Assembly (NCBI GenBank): GCA_002633005.1
Contig: NMRA01000578.1
Span: forward strand, 142,067 to 196,728
Direction: 5' to 3'
Length of the DNA: 54,662 bases
Source: Phoronis australis
Taxonomy: Eukaryota > Animalia > Phoronida
Both the position numbers and the translations under genes were made by a program. Shown piece by piece: positions 12,347 through 25,300 of this stretch. Under the pieces are notes generated by a model. That model saw nothing but the letters and a program-made list of their open reading frames with translations, made no database searches and was not told the DNA's origin. Within the stretch, counting starts at the first letter, position 1. The number at the start of each line of letters is the position of its first letter.

Positions 12347-13647
12347 AGGCGAAGGCAACCTTTTTTCATGTCACTTTTAGCAAAAACAAGGTCTGTTGAT
12401 TATCCCAGACATATTTTTCACTTAATTACAGCTTTTCGTAATTTAATTAATTTATCGTCCTCTATTCCGGAAGTGACGTTTTGGGAGGCAAGCATTTCTC
12501 GCCAATTTCTTTTCATACAGTCTGACTCTGAGAGCAGTCGAGTCAGTCATTGTTCTACCTCGGTTGTGATAAGTTCGATCGTCGTTTGCTTTTGTTTACG
12601 AGTCAGTCAACATGCCACGCTGTTGCTGCGTACCAGGATGTACTCAATATCATCTCACACGCGCTTTGGGTACCGAAGGATGACACACTTCGCCGTACTT
12701 GGCTAGCTCGCTCGTGTGAAGAACGCAGCGCTACCCGTTCACGCAAACGCACAAAGCAGTGGCAAGCATTTTCAGCTGTCAGATTACGACAGAGATATGT
12801 ACGCTGAATTGATGAAGGTCCCTGCGAAACAACGCCTGAAGAAGGGGTCCATACAGTCGCTGTTGATTCCCGGCAGTGCCCCGTCGCCACCCCCGAGAAG
12901 TGCGTTTTTGAAGCGAGAAGCCTCGCAAGCTGTGGCCACTATATACAGTGACTGGAGGCACTTCATCTACTGTTACCCATGCCTCCAAACGTACCCCATA
13001 GCGTGCAATTCCAGGAACTAGTAGTGATTCCCCGTGTGCTGTTGTCTCTAGCCCAGAGCCTGTAAGGAGCCCTGCGCGATGTTGAGTAGTGGGAGTGAAT
13101 ACAGGCCCAGTTTGACCGGCACCCAGTGAAAAGGATAGTTCGTCATCCAATGAACAGATCGGTGAGCCTATAAGTCTGATAAGTTTATTGTGGACTTGTA
13201 TTGGAGCTATTTAGAAGGTGCCACGTGTGTGACGCGGGAGTCGCACGGCGGGATGTAGTTTGGGTGCTCAAGTCACCATCCACTGGGAGTGTGTCGCGGG
13301 ACACTCGGGCAATTGGGACAGTTCTTCCTCTGTACGTGAGACGATAATGAGTACATCTCGGTAGGCAGAAACAGCGTGGCATGTTGACTGACTCGTAAAC
13401 AAAAGCAAACGACGACCGAACTTATCACAACCGAGGTAGAACAATGAGTGACTCGACTGCTCTCACAATCAGACTGTATGAAAAGAAATTGGCGCGAAAT
13501 TCTTGCCTCCCAAAACGTAACTTCCAGAGTAGAGGACGAGAAATTAGTTAAATTACGAAAAGCTGTAAATAAGTGAAAAATATGTATGAGATAATCAACG
13601 AACCCTATTTTTGCTAAAAATGACATGAAAAAAGGTTGCCTTCGCCT
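12347..13647 (+). mobile_element. Non-autonomous Kolobok-like THAP element, copy 2 (inverted relative to copy 1)
   Basis: TTAA at 12343-12346 and 13648-13651; same long TIRs; colinear with copy 1; degenerate THAP (MPRCCCVPGC..PKDDTLRRTWL..GKHFQLSDYDRDMYAELMKVPAKQRLKKG). Confidence 0.8.
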
Positions 13648-13851
13648 TTAAGAAAGTTCGAAGGTCACGTATTATTCGCCGCTGACATGTTTGTGAAAAG
13701 GATAGAACCCGGACACTTCATTTACACGCTTTTGTTAAACAATCGCTGACTCAGGTAGAGGTCATTCACTGGGAGGTCAGTCTCCGTACAAGTGTTGCGA
13801 AATCTATTTTCGTGTCATTCTATTCAAACGGGATACTCAGACGAGGACGAA

Positions 13852-15861
13852 ATGCATACCTCCGTGGTTCTCTGTGTCCTTGCTCTAGTGGGTATGTAAA
13901 TCTTGAATTATTTTTTTAAGTTTTCCTTCACAATCTGAATAGTGGGAAACGTAAGTATGAACCTTTGCCTGTGAACGACAGGGTACTGTCTACGCCCATA
14001 GCTTAAAATCAGGCACAAGTGCATGATCTTATTTCCAACAACAGTATCTGTCAATTTTGATAAATTAGTGGCAGTGGCTGTCGCATGGTCCTAAAAATGG
14101 TCATTTTTCAGAAATGTTTTGAACAAAATTGCAATATTGTAACCTTGAATCTAGTCAGTGTTTGTTACTGCCCAATTTACAACAGCAAATGGTCTGGTGT
14201 TAAAAACATCGCCTTTGTTCATCGCAGGTTTATTAATTCGCTCTTTTATTATGTTCTTATTCTTTGATTGAACTGAAAATGTCATTTAGAATAATTCGCC
14301 CGTAGGGGCTCTTCGACGTCCAAACTGCACTAGCAAGTGAAACTAACCGTTCGTGGGCCTGGCCTAAAGCAACGACAACCTGTCGATATTTTTCGCAAGC
14401 CTAGCCTAGAAGTCATTTCTATTACTAGCACGAGATAAGATAAGATCGAGTTTGTTCTGTAACAGTAAGTGGAATAATTCAAAAATTGTTTTTGTCAGAG
14501 GCGCTGGTTTAATACCCCGTTAAGGTGTAATCACTTAATAAAACACAACTGTTACAACACTTCTGTAGTCTGATGCTTTGGCCCGTGTACGTCCTCATCA
14601 CAAACGACGTGGGACGCGGACCTCACTAGTGATACTAAAATATTTTTAAACCGTTCAACTTTTTTGAAGCTGAAAATCAATTGCTGCGTAATGAACATCA
14701 GCCTCTTGCGTGTGTAAAATAAACCTATTTTCTTCCTATAGCATCAGCGATGATAACCTGACGTACATTTTTATTTGGGGAAATCTTTAATGTGATTATA
14801 CTTATCCGACTACGCACAAGCCATTTGCCAATCCCAGTTCGTTCACGGTGTTGTAAACAAACATTTTTGACCTGATATTTAAACAGCCTATTTTTAGCTG
14901 AAGGTGAGTACAACGAAAACACATTACCGCTCCCTTTGTCCACGCGTCGAAATCACATCGACATAAGCGGTTTAATGACTAATGCGACCTATCCCTTATT
15001 GCATCTCAACTTGTGTTACGGTAATATAAACAAAAAGAACCACTTCTCAGTTATCCTGATCAAAATTAATATCTATTTAATACATATTTACAAACATGAT
15101 AACAAGTTAGAATACGCGAAACTTGGGACGAAGACAGGGTCGAACGTCAGCACCAACAGTCCAAAACTTGAAACTTGCGGCGTCTTCATCAGCAAGGCGT
15201 CCTCACGTGTTCCGTCGACTCCACCAGTCCACCAAAATAACACAGTCAAGTTCCTTACACAAGACGCNCCCCCCCCCCCCCCATACACAAGACGTTGCTG
15301 TCCGCACCGTAGCAAAGGCTCGCCACATAAACAAAATAACGCTCGGTATTCAGAAAGTATGAAGAAAACATAAAGTCCAGCCTCAGTGTTCAGATAAATC
15401 CTGACAAACGTCTGCTCACCACTAGAACTCCTCGATAAAACTCAAAACTGTCCCCTAGCGGAAATACCTAACATACCTAACAACTTGTCAGACACGGATC
15501 TAGGAGGGGTTGATGGAGTTCGGACGACCGTCATTTGGCTTCAATCGAGAATCTCAAGCACCCGCCCCCTAACCCATGTTTGAAAGTGGCTCTGCATGTC
15601 CTTCCTTCCACCATCTCCTCTGCTCTGTGTATTACGTGTACAATAATTGTTTGCAGGCATGTGTTCCGCACTGAAGTGCTACACTTGTACGAGCAATGAC
15701 AGGAGAGACTCTTGTTGGACTTGGCCCGCCACAGTCAAATCATCAACTAACTGTTCAGTATGCGCGGTAAGTGATGTTCAGAGTACCCCACGCAGTGACC
15801 TTTTACCTAGAGGACGCTAGCTCAACAGCAGCAGCGGCGCCGGGCTTGTGGCTGCGGCAGC

Positions 15862-15950
<89 letters not shown>

Positions 15951-17995
15951 GTTTACAATGTAGCAAATGAAGATTGTGACAATACATGTCCCTGCTAGTA
16001 TTGTGTGGAAGAACCTCTGGACACATCACTTCTCATGTTGTAAACCTACGGTTAAGATGAACTGTACTGTACGGGTACACCTAAATTGGCTATAAACCAG
16101 CATGCCGTAGAAAAATTTTTGATTTTGACCACGTAGGGTTATGAAATTGATGTCAGTTTTTGTTCCATAGTTAAAACAGATGTTTTCTGGTCTTGGAAAG
16201 AGAAAATTCATTATTGCTGGAGTTCATGCTCGGCGAATCTGAACATGACACGCCGTGACAAGACAACCTGTGGCGCCTGGTCTCCGGCGATGGCCAACCA
16301 TCAACTCTTTCAAAGCCCGGAAATCGCCCCTAATTGTGTCTAATGAACACTTTAATTCAAACTAGTGTCATAATGGCAAGTCATTTAAAGGTTGGTAGTG
16401 ACGAAAGGCGAGTCTATAGCTGCTATAAATCTTCTTTCGTGTGCCCTGCCAGTGACATGGTCTGTCGATGGACTGGACTATAAACACTGCGTGTACAACA
16501 GATATCGTACCTGGTAACAGTAATGTGAATTATACTTCGCAAGTTCCATGGAATCCTTACAAGAGGAAGTAAAATATCATTATGTAATATATGGGCACGG
16601 AAAGGGGGTCTGGAACTGGAGATTTACAAAAAACTTGAAAACTATTGAGAAAAGTTTCAGCAGTATCTCAAACCCCAGTCAAAAGAGCCTCAGGCAGGGT
16701 GGGAGCTAAACCAAAGCCACCAGGGTGATCTGTCCTTGGGAAGATTGTACTGCCAGGTTAAACACTCTTGTAAGGAGGTTAATTAACCCCCTCCAGGAGC
16801 ACTTTGATCACTTTCGAGAGACGTTTTGGCGTTTGTTACGTGTCTGACCTTGTACGTTAAGATCGCGTTATAGAAGAAAAGAAGCCTTTAAACGCCAAAA
16901 CGTTTAATAAGCAGTATACTCTGAATATAGCCGAGGAGTCTGTGTTTGCTCAGGTCCACTTGACAGTGGAAGTTGATCGAAGCTGTCTAGGACCCAGAAA
17001 AATGTCCAATTTTGGCTAATTTCAGAATATCATATCTCAGACATGGCTGACTCGTATGAAACTTTTACATCCCATGCTTTATACACTGTTATCTAAAATT
17101 TTCTTAGAAATATTTTTCTTTAAATTTTCTAGTTTAGCATGAGGGACTGTCAAAAACATGACTTTTCAGATTTTTATGAAAACGAGAAACGATGACTAAT
17201 CTCAAAAAACTGTTTAAAACATTTGTATCAAACTAAATATGACTATATTATTGAAACCGTTTTTTTGCTATGCATGTAAATTTGACTAAAAATACATGCT
17301 CATGTGACCCAATTATTGACGGATTACCGTACGGTAATACAAAAACAAAATTAAATTCTACAGACTTCCAGTTTCAGAAACGGAATGTTTTTATTGAATT
17401 AAAATCTGTAAATTTGTAGATACTTGGCTAAATATAGGACGAAAATGTCGGAGAACTTTGCTCATTCATGGTCAAGATCAATTACCTTAGTTGATTCTCG
17501 CCTGCCCCCATTCGACAGATTTTGAGACAAGACGTCATGTTCTTCTGGCAGGCAGCCAGAGCCCTTCCTCTAGAAGCTGATAGTTTTGCTAAAGATGCTG
17601 GCTTTTAACGAGAAGTATCAAAATTCAAAACAAAAGTCACCCCACAACAAGTTGTACATGGGATGACTGTCCATGCAGCGCAATAAATTTTTTATATATT
17701 TCATCACAAAACTCGAAAGTCATGTGTATTTTACTTTTCGTTGTAGACTCGTCGCACATTCCAGTCGGGCGGCGCAGGCAGCGACACAATCGTTCGGGAA
17801 TGTCTGAATGAATGCAAGGATGTTCCGGGCATGAACGTGAACGGCGTATCCTTCGCCATGAAGTGCTGTCACAAAGACAACTGTAATACAGAGCTACCAC
17901 CGATCCAAGTGTCAGTTTCCTCAGCATCACCAGTTCAGCAAGTTTCGTTGTCTGTGCTGTTCCTCAGTGCACTCTACAGCATTGTGTGTGAATGA
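13852..17995 (+). CDS. Ly6/uPAR three-finger GPI-anchored protein, paralog 2; exons 13852-13891, 15657-15766, 17747-17995; 132 aa
   Basis: Spliced translation MHTSVVLCVLALVGMCSALKCYTCTSNDRRDSCWTWPATVKSSTNCSVCA-TRRTFQSGGAGSDTIVRECLNECKDVPGMNVNGVSFAMKCCHKDNCNTELPPIQVSVSSASPVQQVSLSVLFLSALYSIVCE*. Canonical splice sites, same phases as paralog 1; AATAAA at 18393-18398. Confidence 0.9.
15858..15947. repeat. (CAG)n microsatellite, ~30 units with CGG and CAA interruptions
   Basis: Directly visible; ~90 bp into intron 2 of Ly6 paralog 2. Confidence 0.95.
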
Positions 17996-19080
17996 ACTTG
18001 GGTGACCTTTGCAAGCTGAGACATTACTAGAGCGATGCGCACGCATCTATAACTTTGGCACGTCAAGCGCTCAACGACGTTCATACATTATGAGCGCCGT
18101 TTTTGGGGTTTCTCAATTCTTTCGTTAAATATATTTGTTATCATGACGTGGCATTGCAATGGTGTTGGTCTTTTTACTGTGACCGAAACTCATCGGCGAA
18201 TTGTTAAAACTAATTGGAAAACTACATAATTATATGCATCGATTCTTATAATGAATAACAAAGCTTGGAAATGGGACTCCTTCTTTACTTGTATACGAAC
18301 ATTTTTATTAAACCAGATGCATTTTATCAGCTATCTGATAAAAGATTTTTTCAGTTGTAAGCACAAACTAATTGTGCAAAAAACAATGGACTAATAAATA
18401 CGTGTTAATTACATACACGATTATTGCTGTGGGATTTTTAAGATGGGCATTTACTGAATCTACTGCTGATGAGTTAAGCAGATAGTGGAAACACAATAAT
18501 GCTTTCATGGAACTCAACTGCGGGTAGAAGTTTTTCCCGTATCACCGGGTAAGCAACTCCTTTCGTCACAGGGAACTTATTGCGTGCAGTAACAAGAAAG
18601 AAAATTTATTACCGGAAAATCGTCAGCGTGACAAAATGTTTTGCAAGGTAAACCATAAAATATAGTAGCATGAGACGGACTTCAAGATGTGCAAATTTTT
18701 CATAAATTGGCTTTAGGAATTCGAAATTGGTCCGTCTTTTGCCGATAGTATGTCAAATTCAAGTACATAAATAAGATGTTTATAAAATTTCAAGGCTTTT
18801 AATACAATGTATGCTGCTTGAAACTTTAATCTATTTGTTTTTTCCGAAAAAAATCATCAAATGTAAGAATTTTAATGGCAACGGTAGTTACACAGATGAA
18901 AAACACAGTTACGTCACTGCCGTATTGCAGCAAGTGTGAAAAAAATAGTTACCTATCAACCTAACACTCCGAAGAATAAAGCTAGAGACTCTGGAGACAA
19001 GAATGGGGTGAAAAGAATGGTAAAAACAATACCTGAAGCATCCAGTAGTGTCACAGATACCTCGTGGACGTGAAACGTGG

Positions 19081-19201
19081 GTAGCATTCAATAACGCTAA
19101 GACCTCGCTCGAAAAGTAAGACTTCACGAGATTACGCGAGATATTGCCATTTATTTTCAATGAAAGCACGTGATTTTGGCTAGATTTTCTCGCTGCGAGC
19201 C
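19081..19201 (-). mobile_element. Partial reverse copy of the same MITE family
   Basis: TTCAATAACGCTAAGACCTCG..AAGACTTCACGAGATTACG..TTTGGCTAGATTTT is the reverse complement of the 12160-12305 core; a further fragment at ~41296-41317. Confidence 0.55.
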
Positions 19202-19984
19202 AGCTACTGATCTCTACTTTATTCATAATTTGTATTTTGGGTGGTGAGAATTGACTTAAACCTGATTGGATTGCATGTGCCTTGAGAATATTTCGCGCAA
19301 AAGACTTTTTGATCTATATATTTTTTCAATACATTTGAGCCTCCTTCTTAAGCCCATTACTTGTCTGACTGCCGACAAACTACATGTTGCAGTGGACTCA
19401 TTCTTTAAATTCCGGTGCAAGTAAGTGACGAGTCACGTGCTGCTTTCCGTCATATTGTCTACACGTCATCACCTTATCTGCAATGTCACCTGGTGTTAAC
19501 GAGTCCCAACCGCCCCAAAATGTATTTTTATAAAGATCAGCATTGCCGAATTTCAACGTGCCATTCATTCATGTCAGTGACAACAACACGATGAAAACAC
19601 ACGAGAAACGTCATCATGGGGTGTATCATTGTATCCGCCTTTGTTGAGAATCTAAAATGTGTTTCGAACCCTCCATCACGGCAGAAATAATTCCTGGTCC
19701 AGACTGGACCGTTCAGGGCATTGGCAGGTAAGAAAGTGTAAATGTAGAGTTTGGATAGGTATAATGCAACAACGGATTCTTTTCGGTGTGTTTCTGACTA
19801 GAACCGATATCCTAGGTTTCTGATGATGCTTCATTGACACTGTTACCGCCGTGAAGCCACCTGACAGAACCACAAATGGCCCTGTTGCAATATCTGTTGT
19901 TACAAGTTTTCAAGTGTTTGAGCCCATTCACATCAACTGAGCTTTCTTCAAATGACAGATTAACTCGAATAGCATAGTAATATG

Positions 19985-20085
19985 CTTGTCTTTTGTATTT
20001 GAAATGCAGTGTCACGATTAGGTTCGCTGGTAAGCTATTCCATAGTTGTCTTTCACTCGATTGGATAGAATGAAGTTTTGTGTGT
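19985..20085 (-). mobile_element. Possible L2/CR1-group LINE 3' remnant
   Basis: QLWNSLPANL matches the WNxLP motif at the C-terminus of these ORFs; short match only. Confidence 0.3.
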
Positions 20086-22356
20086 GCCACAAATGGGCTG
20101 TATGGAAATAAAAATACACGAGTCTTGTCGGCGAGATCACGTCTTCGTAAGTCTCATATACGGTCACCAAAGATCTACAGTTTTATTTGATAATTCATAT
20201 GATATATTAGTAAGGAGAAAATGTTTACGACACGTTCGGAAGATGACTTTATTTCAGTTTCAGTTGAGCATGTTCATTATGTATTACGTATTTCCCGGGG
20301 CGTGTTTTCAGGTGATCGTGAGGTGAACCCCGCAAGCACTCTTCTAGTTTGTTCTCCGAAAATCGTTAATCTGCACTGTGAGGGTCTCAACCTCGTGAAA
20401 AAAGCATCTGTCTGGTTTCCTTAACAACGAATGTTTGTTGGCCAAGACGGAAGGCGGCCTTTGCGTTTACATTTCCCGAGACCTGAGGCTGGAAGTAATA
20501 ACGTGATAGACATTTGGGAACTATCCATTATAACACGAGGCACTTTAATGCCACCAGGTGGCGCTTGTCACCGGTATTTCAATAGAGCAGTAGAAAAATA
20601 CGCTGAATCAATATGCCCACTGAGCATAACAATTTTCATTATGTGTCGTAAAGAAGAACTCTAAACAGGCTTCCGGCGGGCAGCCTAGGCCTATTGGAAA
20701 CTGGGCGCCTTATTTTGCAAGATTAGTCTCGGACCCAAACTCATTTAGCATTAGAGTCTGGTGTACATGTTGAAAAACGAGGCCATTTGGCCTCATTTTT
20801 TACCATACCAAACTATGATCTGATTTGTATGAGTTTTTTCGAATTGCTTCGTACTTCTTTTATTTTCAGTAATAAGGCATGATTTTAGGTTTAGTTCAGT
20901 GATTTAAATAAACACGTTGACCTCATCGTTGATAAGTTGACCAATGAAAATTAGAAGTGATTAGAAGTGACTCTCAGTTCCTTATTGCTCTACACCATGC
21001 ATGGTGCGCATAGTAACTCGCCGGCTTAAGCCAACTTATGTCAGAGATGTACACTAGATTGTAATGCTTAAAGAGTATGTGTGTGAGACCATGCAAGATC
21101 CCCGATTGCAGCGACAGCTGGCGCGGAAATCTTGGAGAGGATCGTTGCTGCACTCCATAGTGAGGCAAATAGCATAGATACATAATACTCTAACACAAGG
21201 CTAACTTTTTATGCATTTATTTTCACACACAAGCTCTTATACTATCGATGAAAATACCATTGGGATATAGTATTTATGAGACAACATCGATAATGATAAG
21301 CAAACGATTTAGCTGAATAGTACTTATATCTTTCAGGAGGGATACTAATCGAAAAAATTGCAAGGGAGAGAAAAGGTTCTTGCAAAACTACCGAAACATG
21401 GGTTAGCGTCCTTTTCACGTAACCTTAGAAATATGCAGTGTAAACTGGTCTTCTGCGGGAATAAAACACATCACCTGCTTTTCACGGTACAATGAAGCAT
21501 TATGCAACGGTACAACTATGAGCAACCTGACCTCAGTCCGGCAATGCCCCCACGGATTTCGGTTTTTACCTGCTTTGTCGCTGCTCCGATCACATAAAAG
21601 CTGGCAAGCTAAGCAGTTGCTGAGTAATCTCTACAATATCTAGACTATATGCTGCGACCGCAATTTAAGCTGGGCTCAAGCAATGAGTAAGCAAATTGAA
21701 ATCATTTCTCTGAAAAAGGTTTAATTAAAGTTGCTTTAACTCCGTCTCTCGCTGAAAAAGACTAATATTTGATTTAGACCTCTTTTTAAAAGAACGCTAT
21801 ACAACGGGCTTCATTTTTCTTACCCAAATTATACAAATGATTCAAAAAACACTCGCTAATATATGAAAATAAAAAATTGCAGGCGGTCTGGTACACGTTG
21901 TACCAGACGTGCGCAGGTCGCTCACGTGGACCCATTGCACTGATCAACTGGAACCATTTTTATGCTTTGTTAATATATTGTTAAAACCAAGCTGAGGTCC
22001 AGTAAAGGAAGCGGTCGCCTATCCCACTAGTCCACACTGCCTCTTCACTACTAATTGCCTAGCTTTTTAGCCCAGCCTCGACAAGCAGGGCACGGTCAGC
22101 TCTTTCCTAAGCTATAAGTCAATTCTATTTTCAATGAAGAGCAATTCAAAGACGAAATTTATTGTGATAAGGACTCCAAATAAAAAGTTAGTTGCTTGCC
22201 AAAAAGTGGGTTTATGGAAACTTTTAATAAGACGTATTCTTTCCATAGTTCTGGACTGAAATGTGCAAAACTTGTTATATGCTGTTCTGTTTCGGTATTC
22301 CCCGACACCATGGAGATTTGGTTTGTTGGTAGATCCAATCTCGATAAATCAGCGGT

Positions 22357-25300
22357 CTACTGGCGTGACATCTCGTCTTTCAGCAAGTCATAAGTTGTTT
22401 CTTCGTCCTCGGAATCTTAAACAATACAGACATTTTAAACAATACTGACACCCGACACCTGCCATGCATCTATGTGTCACCTTTTAAGCCATAGACAGTA
22501 GACCATGACCTGCAGGATTCGGGTGTCGAGAGACAACCATGGCTACCATTGGTGTAAAAATCAACATTTTTAGTTAAAAACACCTCGGAGAGAGTAAAGG
22601 CAGCAATCTCCTATACACCTATTCCATTCATGATACATCCTTTATATGGATAGGTTATTGGTGAAACCAAGGGTTTAATTTCAGTGAAATCACGGTGTGC
22701 TAAGAACCAGAATATTCGTAATCACTTTGCTGTGTGTCGGGAGTGATCAAGGGCGTTCGTGACGACACTCGCCAACTAAAGTTTCTTATGACGCTATCAT
22801 GTTCATACAATATAGTATAGAATAGTACTTAATTTTATATACGTCATTATGTGAATACGAAAGTAAGTGTCGCCAATGCATGAATACACATATACTGATG
22901 TGTTAGTGCAGCGCCAATCAAAACAAGCAATTTTTTAATGTGCGAGTACATGGAAAAGTAAAAAGAAGTTTTACGAATACAATACCTAGTTGGCGTCCCC
23001 AGAGTCCTCCCCAATAGTTAAAGACATGCCTTTGGAAAACTTGACACACCCCTCTGCGTGTTCCAGAACACTGTTTACATTGCGGCGGTATCTGTTTGGT
23101 TTTAGCTTTCTCCTCTCCTGAAACAAATCGATGCATTTTTTAAATTTCCAAACGAACATCAAAAGCGCTCATACATTGATATAACTTTTGTTATGGACAC
23201 CGACAAAAACAAATCGCAGGATAGTGATCGTCTGCTGAGTTCATGTGAACTACTGATGCATAGTAAAATAATTTCAGTGCTTGTTTTGTGTGCCTATCTC
23301 GAAAATTCCTCTTCAGAAGAACACACTTTTCTTAAAGCAAATGTCCGCTGTTGCTGCATATACAAGTTCCATCCTTTCCTGTATTTAGATGCATTGCATC
23401 ACATATGAGTAAAGCAACCCGCCAAGCAAATTTTGAAGGTCTTGAATGGTGAAAAATTGCTTTTGGGCTATCGCGATATGCCATTCCATTACTTTGCACT
23501 TACGGCAATGGAAGTTGCTTTTATATTCATCCTATCAGTTTCTTTTATTTTTCGGCAGATTTTAAACACTTCATCCAGACTGTTCAGCCTATGGTGTATA
23601 CTTGCGCGTTAAGTTACAAGTTTAATCTAGTAAAAGAAAATAGTATCAAATGTAACGAATGGTTACTTGAAAACAGTAAACAACAGTAACTGTGCATTGA
23701 TCTTGAAACTTGGTTTTGGAAAATTGTCTAATAAAAAGAACATTTAACATTGAAACGGTCTCATCGAAGATAAGTAAATTAGTGACAATATTGATAAAAA
23801 CAGCTTCAACATGTCACAGCGCTGCACTGCTTCGATCCCAAGAAAGATAGTGTGATTCATTCCGATGCCAGTCTCAAGGGACTTGGTTGTGTTCTCTCTA
23901 CAAGATGGTCAACCCGTTTACTATGCTAGTCGTTCTTTGTGTAAGACAGAATGAGATATAACAACATTTAAAGAGAGCTCCTCGCAGTCTGTTGGTCATT
24001 GGAGAAACTTACCATGGCAAACGCGTTACTCTGAAACAGATCACAAGCTATTGGAAAGCATCTGGAAGAAATACATAGTCAAAGCGTCTCCTCGATCACA
24101 ACTCCTCCTTTTGAGGATGTCTAGATACAATGTAGACGACTTATTCCGTGTCAGTAACACGAGTATGCCGGACTGTGACTCACCAAACATCCTGTGATCG
24201 GCATCAATGCTATTACCAATGGAATACCTGCAACCCGTGGATATTCAGGAGATGAGAGTTGACAGCAGCCGATGTAGGACTATCTCATCTCAAGGACATC
24301 GTGTTTGATGGTTGGCCCGAGAAGATTCACCAGGCGCACATTGGAGTCAAGAAAAGTTTGCTGAAGACCAAAGAGAGCGTATTCTGGCCCGGTATATGCA
24401 ATGAAATAAAGCTGATGCCCCAGCCCTGTCATTTGTACTGCACGCCATTCCGACATACCCCTGTCAATGTGTTGGCACAGATTGATTTCACTTCCAGTGA
24501 GCTACGTATCTGCTGGTTGCTGATTACCACAACAAATTCCCGTTCATGCGATTATTGCGGAATACCTCATCCAATTCAGTTATCAACCAGCTCTCTGCTG
24601 TACCCTCATACTAACGGTTTTGCCGAAAGGATGGTGAAAACCGTGAAACAGATCCTGAAAGAGATACAAAAAGCTGGCGAAGACTAGTAACTTGCGGTGT
24701 TGAACTACCGTACTACCCTTTTTGACAACCAGTTGCCCTCCCTGGCAACTATGATCAATTCCAGAAGTTATCGTACCCAGTTACATAGCAGACGGTCACA
24801 CGGTGTGGAGGAAAAAGTGGAACAACTGCAGGACCGCCAAGATCGCTAAATTAACTCGTATAACGATCAAGGAACACGACCGGAAGAGATGCAAGACGTC
24901 CATACCCAACAGCCGGTAGTCTATCAACCCAGCTCCAAGACCTGGTGTGCGTTCAGTAACGCTAGGACCTACGCTAGGACCTAGCTAAAATCTAGCCCAA
25001 GTCACGTGTGTTTTGAATGAAAACAAGCAATTTCGCGAAGTCTTGCTTTTTAGCGAGGTCTTAGCGTTACTGAACGGGAGGCTGGACACCGGCTACTGTC
25101 ATGAAAAAAGGCAGACGAGCCACGCTCATACATTGTGAAAACGCCGGATGGTGGTGAATACCGTCGCAACAGTGCTCTATGATCAAACCGTTGGAGTCGT
25201 CGTCAGATTGTCCTGTCCCAGACTCCAAACCCGTTCAAAAGCCACCTCTGCCGGCACCCGGCACAAGTATAAATACTATCAACCGTCTAGTGCCTAGTGC

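Noticed and set aside
6408-13626. THAP ORFs as host THAP-domain genes, and the many overlapping ORFs within both elements
   Set aside because: Frameshifted, enclosed by TIRs and TTAA; the others are alternative frames of the same repeat.
15268-15282. N followed by a poly-C run within overlapping ORFs
   Set aside because: Assembly ambiguity at a homopolymer in an intron; the ORFs have no recognisable features.
15771-16029. Poly-Gln and poly-Ala ORFs
   Set aside because: Translations of an intronic CAG microsatellite immediately after a clear splice donor at 15767.
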